IMG/VR virus record: IMGVR_UViG_3300006133_000325
From: a virus
Taxonomy: Duplodnaviria > Caudoviricetes
Reading direction: 5' to 3' (one strand)
DNA: 64,000 bases
A model generated the notes under the pieces. That model worked only from the letters and a program-made list of their open reading frames with translations. It did no database searches and had not been told where the DNA came from. Numbering within the stretch: the first letter of the stretch is position 1; each line of letters opens with the position of its first letter. A program made the translations under genes and the position numbers. Positions 27,860 through 37,673 of the stretch are shown in pieces.

Positions 27860-29458
27860 ATGATGAATTATGATAGTTTATTTACAGATTCAGAGGATAC
27901 GTTACAAAAAATCGAAAAAATGGCAATATTAAAAGATGGGGAGGGAAGCTTTTTCTTCCCTGTCACTTGTACGGCTGGAATTTATGATATGGAAGGGATT
28001 ACTCTTGCAGAACGCCTCAAACGATTGCACGATTTAGCAGCACAACGGCAAATTGTAGTATTGGAAGACAGTACATATGATAAAACGTCACTTCTCTCCT
28101 ATCTTCAATCTATTCTATCAGATCAAGATTTAACAGGAGATTCACTGGCTTATGTTCGATTGAGCAACGCAGAAACTATATTGTTTCATGGAATTGTAAA
28201 TGCCGATGTGATTGTTTTCAAATTCCATGACAGGTTATTTATCTGGCTTATAGATGTTTCTACGGGAAAAAGATATCATGCCAATATAGATAACGCAAGC
28301 ATTACTATTGGATGGCAGGAAGAAGTAACGTATTCGATTGACTTAGAAGAAGAACAGAAATATGTTACAAAAGGATATGTTGATAGTCAATTAAACGAGC
28401 TTACTGATATGATCAATGAGGATATCAAGAAAACGATTGATTCTATATCTACAGAATTATCAAAAGTTCGCATTGATATGTTGCAGGAAATAGATCGGAT
28501 AATTAAGGCACAAAATGAGTTAAATAAAAATACCTATGTATCACAAACTTATTTTAATGCAGAACTTGAGAAAATCAAAGAAGAAATAAACGGTTCTATT
28601 GATGTTAAGAATCTAGAAAAGATAGTTGGAAATCCAGAGAATTTAGAAACAACAGATAAGTCTTGTTTGGTGAGTGCTATCAATGAGGTTTTTCAGTCTG
28701 GCAATAATTTCAAAAGTAGCATCAGGGATACAATTATTGCCAAGGATGAATCTATTATAATTCCTGAAAAACCAACTCTGAATGATTTGACTAGTTCAAT
28801 TGAAAAGCTAAAACCTAGTACCTATGCAAATGATGCTACGGCTATTGCAGAAGATATTTTAACTGGGAAAAGCGCCTATACTGGGGATGGATTAGTTGAA
28901 GGAGTTATGCCTGTTAATGAATTGAGTGGTACTACTATTACTCCAGGGACAGCAAATATTATTATACCCAAGGGATATAGCAGTGAAAATATTACAGTTG
29001 CTGGCGACGCTGATTTGATTGCGGAAAATATTATGAAGGGGAAGGATATATTTGGAGTAATGGGAACACTGGCAGCGAGTAGTGGTATGCAGATGGCTAG
29101 TGGAAGTATAAATAATATAATAAATATAAATACAATTAGAAATCCATCTAATACATCATTTACTATTCCTATAAACTTATCTTTTAATCCTTCTTATGTA
29201 TTTTTAGAAATAAGCGATTTCAGAATACAAACCAATACAGCTTCAACTTGGATTGGTTTGTCTGGATATTCTTTTTTCATTAGTAATTTAAAAAATACAA
29301 ATATACATAGAATATCATCTTCTAGTTCTTGTTGTCTATATTTTAAATTTAATTCTATATCTTCATCAAGAATTATTATAGATTTAGTCTTTTATCACTA
29401 TATAAATAGTTATTATTATCTTAGAACTAATTCTAATTGGTATGCTTTTGGATATTAA
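27860..29458 (+). CDS. Tail fibre / receptor-binding protein with AT-rich tip
   Basis: LETTDKSCLVSAINEV, NDATAIAEDILTGK, GDADLIAENI..IFGV; ends WYAFGY. Confidence 0.7.
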   Translation: MMNYDSLFTDSEDTLQKIEKMAILKDGEGSFFFPVTCTAGIYDMEGITLAERLKRLHDLAAQRQIVVLEDSTYDKTSLLSYLQSILSDQDLTGDSLAYVRLSNAETILFHGIVNADVIVFKFHDRLFIWLIDVSTGKRYHANIDNASITIGWQEEVTYSIDLEEEQKYVTKGYVDSQLNELTDMINEDIKKTIDSISTELSKVRIDMLQEIDRIIKAQNELNKNTYVSQTYFNAELEKIKEEINGSIDVKNLEKIVGNPENLETTDKSCLVSAINEVFQSGNNFKSSIRDTIIAKDESIIIPEKPTLNDLTSSIEKLKPSTYANDATAIAEDILTGKSAYTGDGLVEGVMPVNELSGTTITPGTANIIIPKGYSSENITVAGDADLIAENIMKGKDIFGVMGTLAASSGMQMASGSINNIININTIRNPSNTSFTIPINLSFNPSYVFLEISDFRIQTNTASTWIGLSGYSFFISNLKNTNIHRISSSSSCCLYFKFNSISSSRIIIDLVFYHYINSYYYLRTNSNWYAFGY

Positions 29459-29543
29459 AAAGAGGTGATATTTCCTTTAAACATTCTCTTAAAATTAAAG
29501 TTAGTATAATTAGTTCTTCTATTACTGCTATAGGCACAGGTTT

Positions 29544-29729
29544 TGAGGATTTTGTTATATTTTGTATAAATATTCACATATAAAAAGATGGTTATTTTCA
29601 ACCTATTATCTTATTAAGTGTATTATAACTAGTGTATCTTCTTCGGGTTTTGCTATATATGTATATCCTGATACAAATACTTATAATGCTATACAAATTA
29701 ATTATGGAAAGCGATATGGTATTGGTTAA
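29544..29729 (+). pseudogene. Relic of an alternative fibre-tip domain
   Basis: Short frame ..CIITSVSSSGFAIYV..KRYGIG* parallels ..FNSISSSRIIIDL..WYAFGY* of the preceding gene. Confidence 0.4.
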
Positions 29730-29755
29730 GTTTGTTTAAAGAAAGGAAATTTATT

Positions 29756-30022
29756 ATGAAAACATTAATTATATTTGATAATAACGGAACCATCTACTAT
29801 CAAGCCACTGGCGATATCTTGGAACCAGCAGACGGCGTAAATTTTATCTGGGTAGATGTTCCAACAAACTCATATGTAGAATCTATTGATATGAGTTCTG
29901 GTAAACCCGTAGCAGTTATCAAGGAATTTGAACGTCCAAAAGAGGACGCTTTACAAGAACAAATAGATGATATCAATGATGTTTTATTAGACCTAATTCT
30001 TAGCAAAGATATGGAGGTGTAA
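29756..30022 (+). CDS. Tail fibre assembly-type small protein
   Basis: MKTLIIFDNNG.I..Q; GAAAGGA RBS; follows the fibre gene. Confidence 0.55.
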   Translation: MKTLIIFDNNGTIYYQATGDILEPADGVNFIWVDVPTNSYVESIDMSSGKPVAVIKEFERPKEDALQEQIDDINDVLLDLILSKDMEV

Positions 30023-30023
30023 T

Positions 30024-30179
30024 ATGGGGATTATCAAATTTCTGGCAAGTAATATTAAAAAGGGTAAAACCACATACGAGCAAGTTATTCTATCTCGTCC
30101 TGACTTAAAAGATGAATTATATTCTTATCTAATAGAAACTGGTTTAAGCCATTTGATTACAGAAGGTGTCCAGTCATGA
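30024..30179 (+). CDS. Small fibre-chaperone-like protein (51 aa)
   Basis: GGAGGTG RBS; MGIIKFLASNIKKGKTTYEQV..LKDEL. Confidence 0.55.
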   Translation: MGIIKFLASNIKKGKTTYEQVILSRPDLKDELYSYLIETGLSHLITEGVQS

Positions 30180-30337
30180 AGCAATATAAAATAAGGCATA
30201 ATGCCATGTATTCAGTACTATATTATGGATATCATACTACAAAAGAGATAACAAAAGAAAACCTCCAAGCTGCCGTAAAACGAAGCTGGATTACGGTAGA
30301 CGAGATGGATCTAATTTTGAGGGGAGATGAAGAGTAA
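30176..30337 (+). CDS. XkdX-like small protein (53 aa)
   Basis: LQAAVKRSWITVDEMDLI; overlaps both neighbours. Confidence 0.6.
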   Translation: MKQYKIRHNAMYSVLYYGYHTTKEITKENLQAAVKRSWITVDEMDLILRGDEE

Positions 30338-30615
30338 TGTTAAAACTATTCAAAAAAGCTACGAAAAAACCGCTGTCAAAACAAGCAGCTTTTTCTAAAC
30401 GAATTATTCCTATGATTATTGCGGCTATTATGTTGTATACAATCGTCGCTTTTATTTTGCAGTTTGTCGTACAAGTAGAAATTTCTCCTACTCTCACAAC
30501 ATGTTATTTTGGATTTTGGACAGTTGAAATCGTTAGCCTTATGACAATTAAGGTAAGTAAGGTAAAAAACAAATATGAAGACAGTATTGCATCTGAAAGT
30601 GATTTTGAAAATTAA
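30337..30615 (+). CDS. Putative holin
   Basis: 92 aa, two TM segments, basic N-terminus, upstream of the endolysin. Confidence 0.65.
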   Translation: MLKLFKKATKKPLSKQAAFSKRIIPMIIAAIMLYTIVAFILQFVVQVEISPTLTTCYFGFWTVEIVSLMTIKVSKVKNKYEDSIASESDFEN

Positions 30616-30727
30616 TTTTCTTTAAAATGATTCATTTAAAACCTCCTCAAAATAATCATTGCTATTTATAAAAAAACATGATAAACTATTGCTATTATAA
30701 TTAGTTTATAAACACTATGGAGGAATT

Positions 30728-31627
30728 ATGGGAAGCTGGAGTGACATTTTACAAGAAATTCAAGACACACAATCGCAATTTGATTACATAAGGAAAAAAT
30801 ATTTAAAGGAGTTATCAAATTACACAAAAAGAAATGTAATCACCTATTATTCTGGATGGCTTAATAAACAAGGTATTTTCAACGTCAATATTAGCGATGC
30901 TGATATGACTGGTTTTATGAATTGTATAGATGGTATGGATTGTTCTAAAGGTGTTGATTTAATTTTACATACTCCTGGTGGCTCACCAGAGGCGGCTGAA
31001 TCCATAGTAAATTATCTACGAACAAAATTTAACTCGGACATTCGAGTAATTGTTCCTCAACTTGCAATGTCTGCGGGAACAATGATTGCTTGTGCCGCAA
31101 AAGAAATTATTATGGGCAGTCAATCTAGTTTAGGTCCTATTGATCCTCAATATAATGGAATTCCTGCATATAATATTAAAATGGAATTTGAGGAAGCAAA
31201 ACAAGATTTATTAGATAATCCAAACAATGCCCAATATTGGGCTATAAAACTACAGCAATATCCAGCCGCATTTATGAAAACTGCTATTGATGCTATTGAT
31301 CTATCGGGAAAATTATTAGAAGAATGGCTTGGTTCATGTATGTTTAATAAAAATATTCCAGACGACAATAAGATTATCAATACAATTGTATCAAAATTGA
31401 ATGAGCATAAAGACTCTAAAACCCATGGAAGACATCTTGGTGCAACTTTTTGTAAAGAAATTGGCTTAAAGATTGTTATGTTAGAAGATGATGAAGAACT
31501 TCAAGATAAAGTTTTATCTCTTCACCATTCTTACATGATTACTTTTGACGCTACACCAGCCATAAAGATTATTGAAAATCAAGATAAAAAATCAATGATA
31601 TCCACTATTCCACCAACAATGAGGTGA
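30728..31627 (+). CDS. SDH/SppA-class Clp-fold serine protease (moron)
   Basis: LILHTPGG, AMSAGTMIA (Ser), LGPIDPQ, THGRH; promoter TTGCTA-17-TAAACT at 30659-30687. Confidence 0.85.
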   Translation: MGSWSDILQEIQDTQSQFDYIRKKYLKELSNYTKRNVITYYSGWLNKQGIFNVNISDADMTGFMNCIDGMDCSKGVDLILHTPGGSPEAAESIVNYLRTKFNSDIRVIVPQLAMSAGTMIACAAKEIIMGSQSSLGPIDPQYNGIPAYNIKMEFEEAKQDLLDNPNNAQYWAIKLQQYPAAFMKTAIDAIDLSGKLLEEWLGSCMFNKNIPDDNKIINTIVSKLNEHKDSKTHGRHLGATFCKEIGLKIVMLEDDEELQDKVLSLHHSYMITFDATPAIKIIENQDKKSMISTIPPTMR

Positions 31628-31632
31628 TTATA

Positions 31633-31827
31633 ATGAAAACTATAACAACAGAAGAAATATTAGCACTATATAAAAAATGTGATCTTGACTCTTCGTCAAA
31701 CTTCGCTATACGAACGATGATAAACACAGGTAATTTATCGAATCAATTAAATACTAATTATGAATTCTTTAACAAAAATATTATGCAAATAAATAATGCT
31801 ATTCCTAGACGAAATAACCAAGAATAA
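31633..31827 (+). CDS. Small Asn-rich partner ORF of the protease
   Basis: GAGGTG RBS overlapping the protease stop; followed by a terminator. Confidence 0.6.
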   Translation: MKTITTEEILALYKKCDLDSSSNFAIRTMINTGNLSNQLNTNYEFFNKNIMQINNAIPRRNNQE

Positions 31828-31863
31828 AACACATAAAAGAATGTACTAAAAATTATAAGTCTC

Positions 31864-31891
31864 AAAAAGAGGTCTCTATGACCTCTTTTTT
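31864..31891 (+). terminator. Intrinsic terminator
   Basis: AAAAAGAGGTC-tctat-GACCTCTTTTTT. Confidence 0.85.
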
Positions 31892-31914
31892 GTTTGCAAA
31901 AAAGGAGGTAAATT

Positions 31915-32823
31915 ATGGCATATACATTCAACACTCTTCTGTCCCATCCATCTAATTATGGTGGAAAACGGCAAACCAAAAATATCAAATATATTGTAAT
32001 CCACTATACAGCAAATAAGACGGACAAAGCAGTAAACAATGCCAAAGCTTTCAATACTCATGTCGTAAATGCTTCTGCCCATTACTTCTGTGATAAAACT
32101 TCTATTTACCAATCTGTACCTGATTCTACTATTGCCTGGTCAGTTGGCGGAAATAAGTATAGCGACTGCGCTACTACTGGTGGCGGTAAAATGTATGGCG
32201 TCATCACAAATAGCAACAGCATTTCCATTGAACTATGTTCAGATAATGGTATTATCGCAAAAGAAACCATCGAAAATGCTGTTGCTCTAACAAAGCAGCT
32301 CATGTCCAAATATAATATCGCTTATGGAAATGTATATAGACATTTTGATGTAACTGGGAAATATTGTCCTGGTTGGACTGGATGGTGGGGGAAGAACTGC
32401 AAGCTCTGGGACGATTTTAAATCTAAAATTAAAGATGGTAAGAAAAAAATCAAAGCTTCTTGCGCTTTTTACAAAAAAGACAATGTAGCAGATGGAAAAC
32501 TTGGAACTTTTAAAGAAGGAAATCATATCTATTGGATAAAAGATATGGGAAACGGATGGTCTTATGTTTGTTCCAATGGAAAATTTGGCTATGTCAAAAA
32601 TAGTTGCATTAATCGTTCTGGATTATCCACTTATAAAATTGGTCAGGCTATAGAAGATGTTATGCTTCGTTCTGGTATGGTAGTGAGTAAATCTACGAAC
32701 ATTAAAACAATCAAGAAGGGAGTAACTTTTAAAGTTATCTGTAAAATTGGCAGTTGGTATCAGGTGAGAATTTCTGATGGGACTACCGGATATATGGTAA
32801 GTAAAAAGGTTAAAGTAAAATAA
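31915..32823 (+). CDS. Endolysin: N-acetylmuramoyl-L-alanine amidase (Amidase_2) with SH3b-like domains
   Basis: YIVIHYTA, ASAHY, NSISIELC, RHFDVTGKYCP; W..V..GYV/M SH3 repeats. Confidence 0.92.
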   Translation: MAYTFNTLLSHPSNYGGKRQTKNIKYIVIHYTANKTDKAVNNAKAFNTHVVNASAHYFCDKTSIYQSVPDSTIAWSVGGNKYSDCATTGGGKMYGVITNSNSISIELCSDNGIIAKETIENAVALTKQLMSKYNIAYGNVYRHFDVTGKYCPGWTGWWGKNCKLWDDFKSKIKDGKKKIKASCAFYKKDNVADGKLGTFKEGNHIYWIKDMGNGWSYVCSNGKFGYVKNSCINRSGLSTYKIGQAIEDVMLRSGMVVSKSTNIKTIKKGVTFKVICKIGSWYQVRISDGTTGYMVSKKVKVK

Positions 32824-32838
32824 TAGAACAAACAATTT

Positions 32839-32877
32839 ATGGGGGTATTCACAATCATGTGAGTACCCCCATTTTTT
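32839..32877. terminator. Terminator between lysin and integrase
   Basis: ATGGGGGTATTCACA-atca-TGTGAGTACCCCCAT-TTTTT. Confidence 0.85.
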
Positions 32878-32898
32878 ACCATCAATAATATTCGTTTT

Positions 32899-34119
32899 TT
32901 AAACCTCTATCACATCAATCTGCGAAGCTGCTTCTTTCATCTGTTCTTCTACAAAATGTATATATGTTTTTTCGCAAACTTCAACAGAATGCCCCAATAT
33001 TTTTGCAATTGTAACAATAGGAACATTTTTTCTGAAATATAAGCTTGCACAAGTATGTCTTAATATATGTGTACCATAGGATTGCACTTGTGTATCGGCG
33101 GCGATTTCAATTTGTCTAATCGTATCCGAAATATTTTTTATCGTACTGGTTCTTCGATTTCTTGTAGAAATTACAAAATCGTCCTCTTCTTTGTACTCTG
33201 AAACCTCTAAATGTTTTAATAGCAACTGTTTCGCTCTAGTATTCATTGGTACATATCTGTTTTTACTCATTTTTGTAGAATTTTGGATGCTATAGATAGT
33301 CTTTTTGATTCCATGCTCACGCATAGCATTTGGCTGGCTTTTATCATATTTAGGGTTTGCACATTCTATCAGTGTTTTACACACATAAATGGTATTCTTT
33401 TCAAAGTCAATATCTTTCCATCGAAGGGCGAGCAATTCACCAATTCTCATTCCTAAATAAATATTTGCCGCAATAGCATATCCATAGCGATACTTCATTG
33501 TGCCAGTATTGTGCCTTACCCCACACTCCATGATAAATTTTTCAATATCCTCTTGTTCAAAAAATTCTATTTGCTTTGCTTCTACTTTAACATTATTTTT
33601 AGTTGGAGCTGTTACCAATAGCATTGGGTTTGAAAATTTATCTTTTATAGAAGCATAACGATAAAAATCATTTAAAGCATCATAGGTCTTTTTGATGGTA
33701 GAATAGGAATACCTATTTCGGATTAAATCCTGTATAACTGATTGAATCTCTTCGCTATCCAATAGCTGGTATCTCATAGAACCAATTTTTGATGGCTCAA
33801 TTTGATTTCGTATTGTGCTTTCCAAACGTTGATAGGATTGTGGTTTTAACTTGTTCTGTTTCGTAGTATAGAGCCACTTATTCATCGCTTCTGTTAAAGT
33901 AAGTTTTGAACTACTGGGCATTTCAAGAAGCTCCTGTTCTAACTGACGCATTTTACTGATGCACTCTTTTGGGGAGGAACCATATACCACTCTAGTACGT
34001 TTAGGATTTCCAATGCTTTTACGGTACATAACCTTTCCATTCTCCCGGATCGACATACTGCCTTCTCCATATGGCAAAATAGGTAACTTAATTTTTTTCA
34101 AGCCAGTGTTCTCTTTCAT
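32899..34119 (-). CDS. int: Tyrosine integrase
   Basis: GEGS N-terminus; GMRIGELLALRW, HILRHT, LGH, TYIH. Confidence 0.95.
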   Translation of the reverse strand: MKENTGLKKIKLPILPYGEGSMSIRENGKVMYRKSIGNPKRTRVVYGSSPKECISKMRQLEQELLEMPSSSKLTLTEAMNKWLYTTKQNKLKPQSYQRLESTIRNQIEPSKIGSMRYQLLDSEEIQSVIQDLIRNRYSYSTIKKTYDALNDFYRYASIKDKFSNPMLLVTAPTKNNVKVEAKQIEFFEQEDIEKFIMECGVRHNTGTMKYRYGYAIAANIYLGMRIGELLALRWKDIDFEKNTIYVCKTLIECANPKYDKSQPNAMREHGIKKTIYSIQNSTKMSKNRYVPMNTRAKQLLLKHLEVSEYKEEDDFVISTRNRRTSTIKNISDTIRQIEIAADTQVQSYGTHILRHTCASLYFRKNVPIVTIAKILGHSVEVCEKTYIHFVEEQMKEAASQIDVIEV

Positions 34120-34288
34120 TTAATCAACCTCCATTTTTCTTCATGTGAAGACCTGTGGCAAAATTTTTACAACATGATACATTTATCCTTTCTCCATTTC
34201 ATAATTTTTCTTACCCTACTTTTTTATTTCTCCATTACGTAAGGCAGTTTCATATCAAAAAGATCCGTGATCAAGTTTGCCACATGAA

Positions 34289-34553
34289 ATACACAAGTTC
34301 ATACACAACTTTACTCGTGAAAGAGGGTGATTTACAGTGAAAACAATACCAATTTCTCCCAAATCAACTGTTTTTTTCACAGCAAAAAAATACGCCGAAA
34401 CCCTTATTCTATCAGGTTTTCAGCGTATTTTCTTCTAACAGGGGATGAGAGAATCGAACTCCCGCTAAAGGTTTTGGAGACCCTTGAAATAAGCCGAAAA
34501 ACGTGATAAAATCAAGGTTTCTATAAAAGCATACACAACTTTTTACACAACTT
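34289..34553. other. attP region: tRNA core flanked by paired arm-type repeats
   Basis: WTACACAA(C/G)TT at 34289, 34301, 34531 and 34543 (two pairs, 12-bp spacing) around the tRNA fragment, between int and xis. Confidence 0.8.
34439..34485 (-). tRNA. 3' half of tRNA-Trp(CCA), the att core (not a full tRNA)
   Basis: AGGGT-CTCCAAA-ACCTT..GGGAGTTCGATTCTCTCATCCCCTG; no D arm or 5' acceptor strand. Confidence 0.85.
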
Positions 34554-34700
34554 TTAGATTAAGAATTTTATTGCATAAAATTGTAGAAAGTTTTGGTATA
34601 ACCAACCTCTTCATCAAGCATCTACAATATATACTAAATAAGATTCTATGTCAATTCCCATTTCATAAATTTCCTATTCTACTATCAAAATTACTCTATT

Positions 34701-34901
34701 TTACAATTTATATTCTTTTCGTGTATAATCATGTAACCATTTTTCATATTCATCGTTAAGTATATAAAATCTTCTTCCTATTTTAATTTTAGGAAAATCT
34801 TTTTGATTTACTATTTCGTAGGCTCTGTTTATTCCACATCCAAGAGAATCTTTAATATCTTTGACTTTTAAAACTTTAATTTCACCCATTAAATAGCTCA
34901 C
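34701..34901 (-). CDS. xis: Excisionase-like HTH protein
   Basis: [28 protein letters not shown]; next to attP. Confidence 0.75.
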   Translation of the reverse strand: MSYLMGEIKVLKVKDIKDSLGCGINRAYEIVNQKDFPKIKIGRRFYILNDEYEKWLHDYTRKEYKL

Positions 34902-35338
34902 CTCTTCCCTGTACTCCCAACTCCTCCTCTATCCTTTCTCTCTAACTTATAGACCTCTTCAAACACCAGTCGCGGCTGATGCTCCATAACCCGAAACTGG
35001 CAGATTCTATCATTCACATGTATTGTCGTGTCTCGTAACGCATATGCCGGAAAATACCATTGGTCGTTATCACCACAGTAACTCTCATCAATGACCCCCA
35101 TATGATTTGTTTGTATGATACCAAAATTTTTAAATGTACTGCTACGAGGAACAATATGTGCTTCATATCCTTTTGGTAATTCTATTGCAATACCTAATGG
35201 AATTAAATGATATTCTCCGGCTTTTATTGTTACATCTTCTGCAGCACGTAGATCAATCCAGTCGGATTTTCTTCCAATATATTGTAATTTTTCTATTTTA
35301 TCTGTAAAATATTTCACTTTAATATTCAATTTTATCAT
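34898..35338 (-). CDS. dut: dUTPase (trimeric type)
   Basis: [28 protein letters not shown]. Confidence 0.93.
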   Translation of the reverse strand: MIKLNIKVKYFTDKIEKLQYIGRKSDWIDLRAAEDVTIKAGEYHLIPLGIAIELPKGYEAHIVPRSSTFKNFGIIQTNHMGVIDESYCGDNDQWYFPAYALRDTTIHVNDRICQFRVMEHQPRLVFEEVYKLERKDRGGVGSTGKR

Positions 35339-35511
35339 TTTGCTTCTTCCTGCGTCATTATTTTATCCTATTTTGGCAAGAAGACTCCGACCTCTAAGGT
35401 TGGGGATGAATTGCCTCTTGCTTTTTTTCTGTCTCTTTGCTATACTAAGCACAATGATTAGTACATTGCTACGAAAATAAAACTCGTAGCCAGGAACTGA
35501 ACCTTGACAAC

Positions 35512-37030
35512 AAATGTTTTCAACAATCATGAAAGCATAGCTATAAAGCAGTCAAATAAGATAGGCTGCTTATGGTAACATATTGCAAATACAAATAGGT
35601 CAGCCCTGAGCTTCTACGTGATAGCCATGCTTCTCTAATTCACGTATGTATCGGGAAAGCTGTTTTTGTTCACTGTTTTTACGTCTGGCTTCAAAACAGG
35701 ATTCATCGAAAGGAGTGCCTTGCTTTAGCATGGTGTAGATAATTACAAGAAGTTTTCTGGCAAGGGCAACAATGGCTTTTTTAGCTCCCTTCTTCTGTTT
35801 GATTCTCCAATACCAGGCAGACAAATAGGTGTTCCGTTTCCCGGCGCTTTCATTATTGCCAGGACACAGACCTGCCCATGAGCAGATATGCTCCGCAGTT
35901 TTAAACGGCTTCCTATCAATGCCGATTTCAGCAATGACCGCACAGGAAGCCGTTGTGCTTATTCCATAAATGCTGCTCAGCTGCTCCACTTGCAAAGCAA
36001 ATGGAGCCATATCCGCCTCAAGATTCTTTTCAATTTCAGCAAGATGTTCTTTTAAAGAATCCTAATGATCCATAAGGATCTTTAGGAAGGCTTTTTGATG
36101 TTCCGACAGGCTTCCATTCACAGACATGAGGATTTCATCTATACGGTTTCTGGTCTTTGTTTTTAAGCAGGAGTCCAAAGAAGGCTTGTCAATCTGCCCA
36201 TGTTCAATCAGGTATCGTATGATGTTCCTGCCCGAAGCCCCAAAAATATCAGAAATAAAAGAGGAAAGGCGAAAGCCAGAGCTTTGCAGGAACTTCTCAA
36301 CTCTGTTTTTCTGGGATGTGATATCACGGATGACACTTTTACGGTAACGATTTAAGTCACGGAACTCCCGGATTCTTTTTTCGGGAATAAAGCTGCCATT
36401 CAAAAGCCCGGCACGTAACAGGGTGGAAATCCATTCAGAATCCCGCATGTCTGTTTTCTTGCCAGGGACATTCTTCATATGGCGTGCGTTTACAACCAGC
36501 AAGGTAATATCACCGCCAAATGCTTCTTCCAATATTTCGTAAATAGGCATCCAGTAAATACCTGTGCTTTCCATAGCAACATGATGGCAGTTTTGAGAAA
36601 CAATCCAGTCCCGTAAAGCAACCATATCGGGGATTAAGGTGGTAAACTCCCGGATTTCGGAATTTGTCGGTTTACCCAAAGGACCAGTCAGGATACAGGC
36701 AACAATTTTATCTTTGTGGACATCGAGCCCACAGGAAATTTCCAGAAGGTCTTTCATACAGAGCATCTCCTTTGCAATAGAATGGGCAGGAGATTTGCCC
36801 GAGGTGATACGGACTTTGCTACTCGTGCTAACCATAAAAGGCGCGACAATATGCTGTACTCAAGGGCAAAACGTTTACGTTGACAAACGGGGTGCAAATC
36901 CTCCAAGGTGCAATCAAACTTAATCCTGCCTAAAACTATTATAAAACAAGACAGGAAACTAAAACAGTAGTGGAGCCAGTCCCCTATTTTCATTACAGGC
37001 TGTGATAACCTTTCATGATTCGTTGACAAC
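35512..37030 (-). mobile_element. IS110-family element
   Basis: TTGACAAC at both junctions (35504-35511, 37023-37030); subterminal IR AATCATGAAAG (35525-35535) / CTTTCATGATT (37010-37020). Confidence 0.85.
35600..36757 (-). pseudogene. IS110 DEDD recombinase, inactivated
   Basis: CGLDVHK, AMESTGIYW, KKTDMRDS, GLCPGNNESAGK; in-frame TAG at 36062-36064 and an apparent deletion after ESAGKR. Confidence 0.85.
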
Positions 37031-37200
37031 TGGATATAGCAGGTTGCACAGAGAAAACCAATATGCGAAAACCAAGCGTCCTTCTGTGCGTAAAATATCC
37101 AAGGTACGAATCGAACGTCATTCGGGAAACCGTCGGGCGGACGGGGTTAGCTCGTTGATACTTAGTCCATTAGGGCTATTGAGCGAGAAGCCCCCACTTC

Positions 37201-37437
37201 TTAAAGTGGTGGGAGTACGTCACTTTCTCCTATCCTTTTAACTATATCTATATCTGGAACCTCAATTACTATTTTATCTCCCATTCTTTTTACAAAATAC
37301 ATCTTCTGAAAATTTTCTATTAGTTCATCTCTCTTTCTAAGTGATTTTGTATCTGAAATTGGTAATCCTTGTAATATTTTTAAAGTACAATCATGCGATA
37401 ATATTAATTTCCTCTTCTCTCCCGTATTCTTTCCCAA
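37201..37437 (-). CDS. Small phage protein; native C-terminus displaced to 35335-35366 by the insertion
   Basis: Empty-site join reads ..[14 protein letters not shown], with TGA overlapping the dut ATG. Confidence 0.65.
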   Translation of the reverse strand: MGKNTGEKRKLILSHDCTLKILQGLPISDTKSLRKRDELIENFQKMYFVKRMGDKIVIEVPDIDIVKRIGESDVLPPL

Positions 37438-37673
37438 AACAATTCCTTCTTTCTATATAGAAATACAATAAACCAGACACTGTAACTCCTATTTTTTGTC
37501 ATGAATTTGGTTTTTCTACTCTCAGGGCTTTTCTTTATAATTATCACAAAGAATCCTTTGACCAAAATAAAATGTTTTTAACTTTCTTTTGCAATATATT
37601 AAGACATGTTTTGGATCTTTGTCATCTACTACTGCATTCTTACATTTTGTACACGGTGATGTTTTGATATTTT

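Larger units (their letters stand above)
35367..37223 (+). mobile_element. Non-autonomous IS200/IS605 derivative (~340 bp, no tnpA/tnpB) interrupted by IS110
   Basis: TAM TTTAT 35362-35366; left hairpin ggcaa..gactccgacctctaaggttgggg..ttgcc; right end gaagcccccacttcttaaagtggtgggagtacgtcac; removal restores the flanking gene. Confidence 0.8.

Noticed and set aside
12676-29729. Diversity-generating retroelement or shufflon acting on fibres
   Set aside because: No reverse transcriptase, no TR/VR pair noticed, no invertase or inverted cassettes in the window
34439-34485. Functional phage tRNA-Trp
   Set aside because: 5' half is missing; explained as the att core
36062-36064. In-frame TAG as a sign of stop-codon recoding
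   Set aside because: Many intact genes end in TAG, long ORFs are unbroken in the standard code, and the same gene has a second lesion
35367-37223. IStron (self-splicing IS605)
   Set aside because: Element is antisense to the interrupted gene and shows no group I P/Q/R/S core
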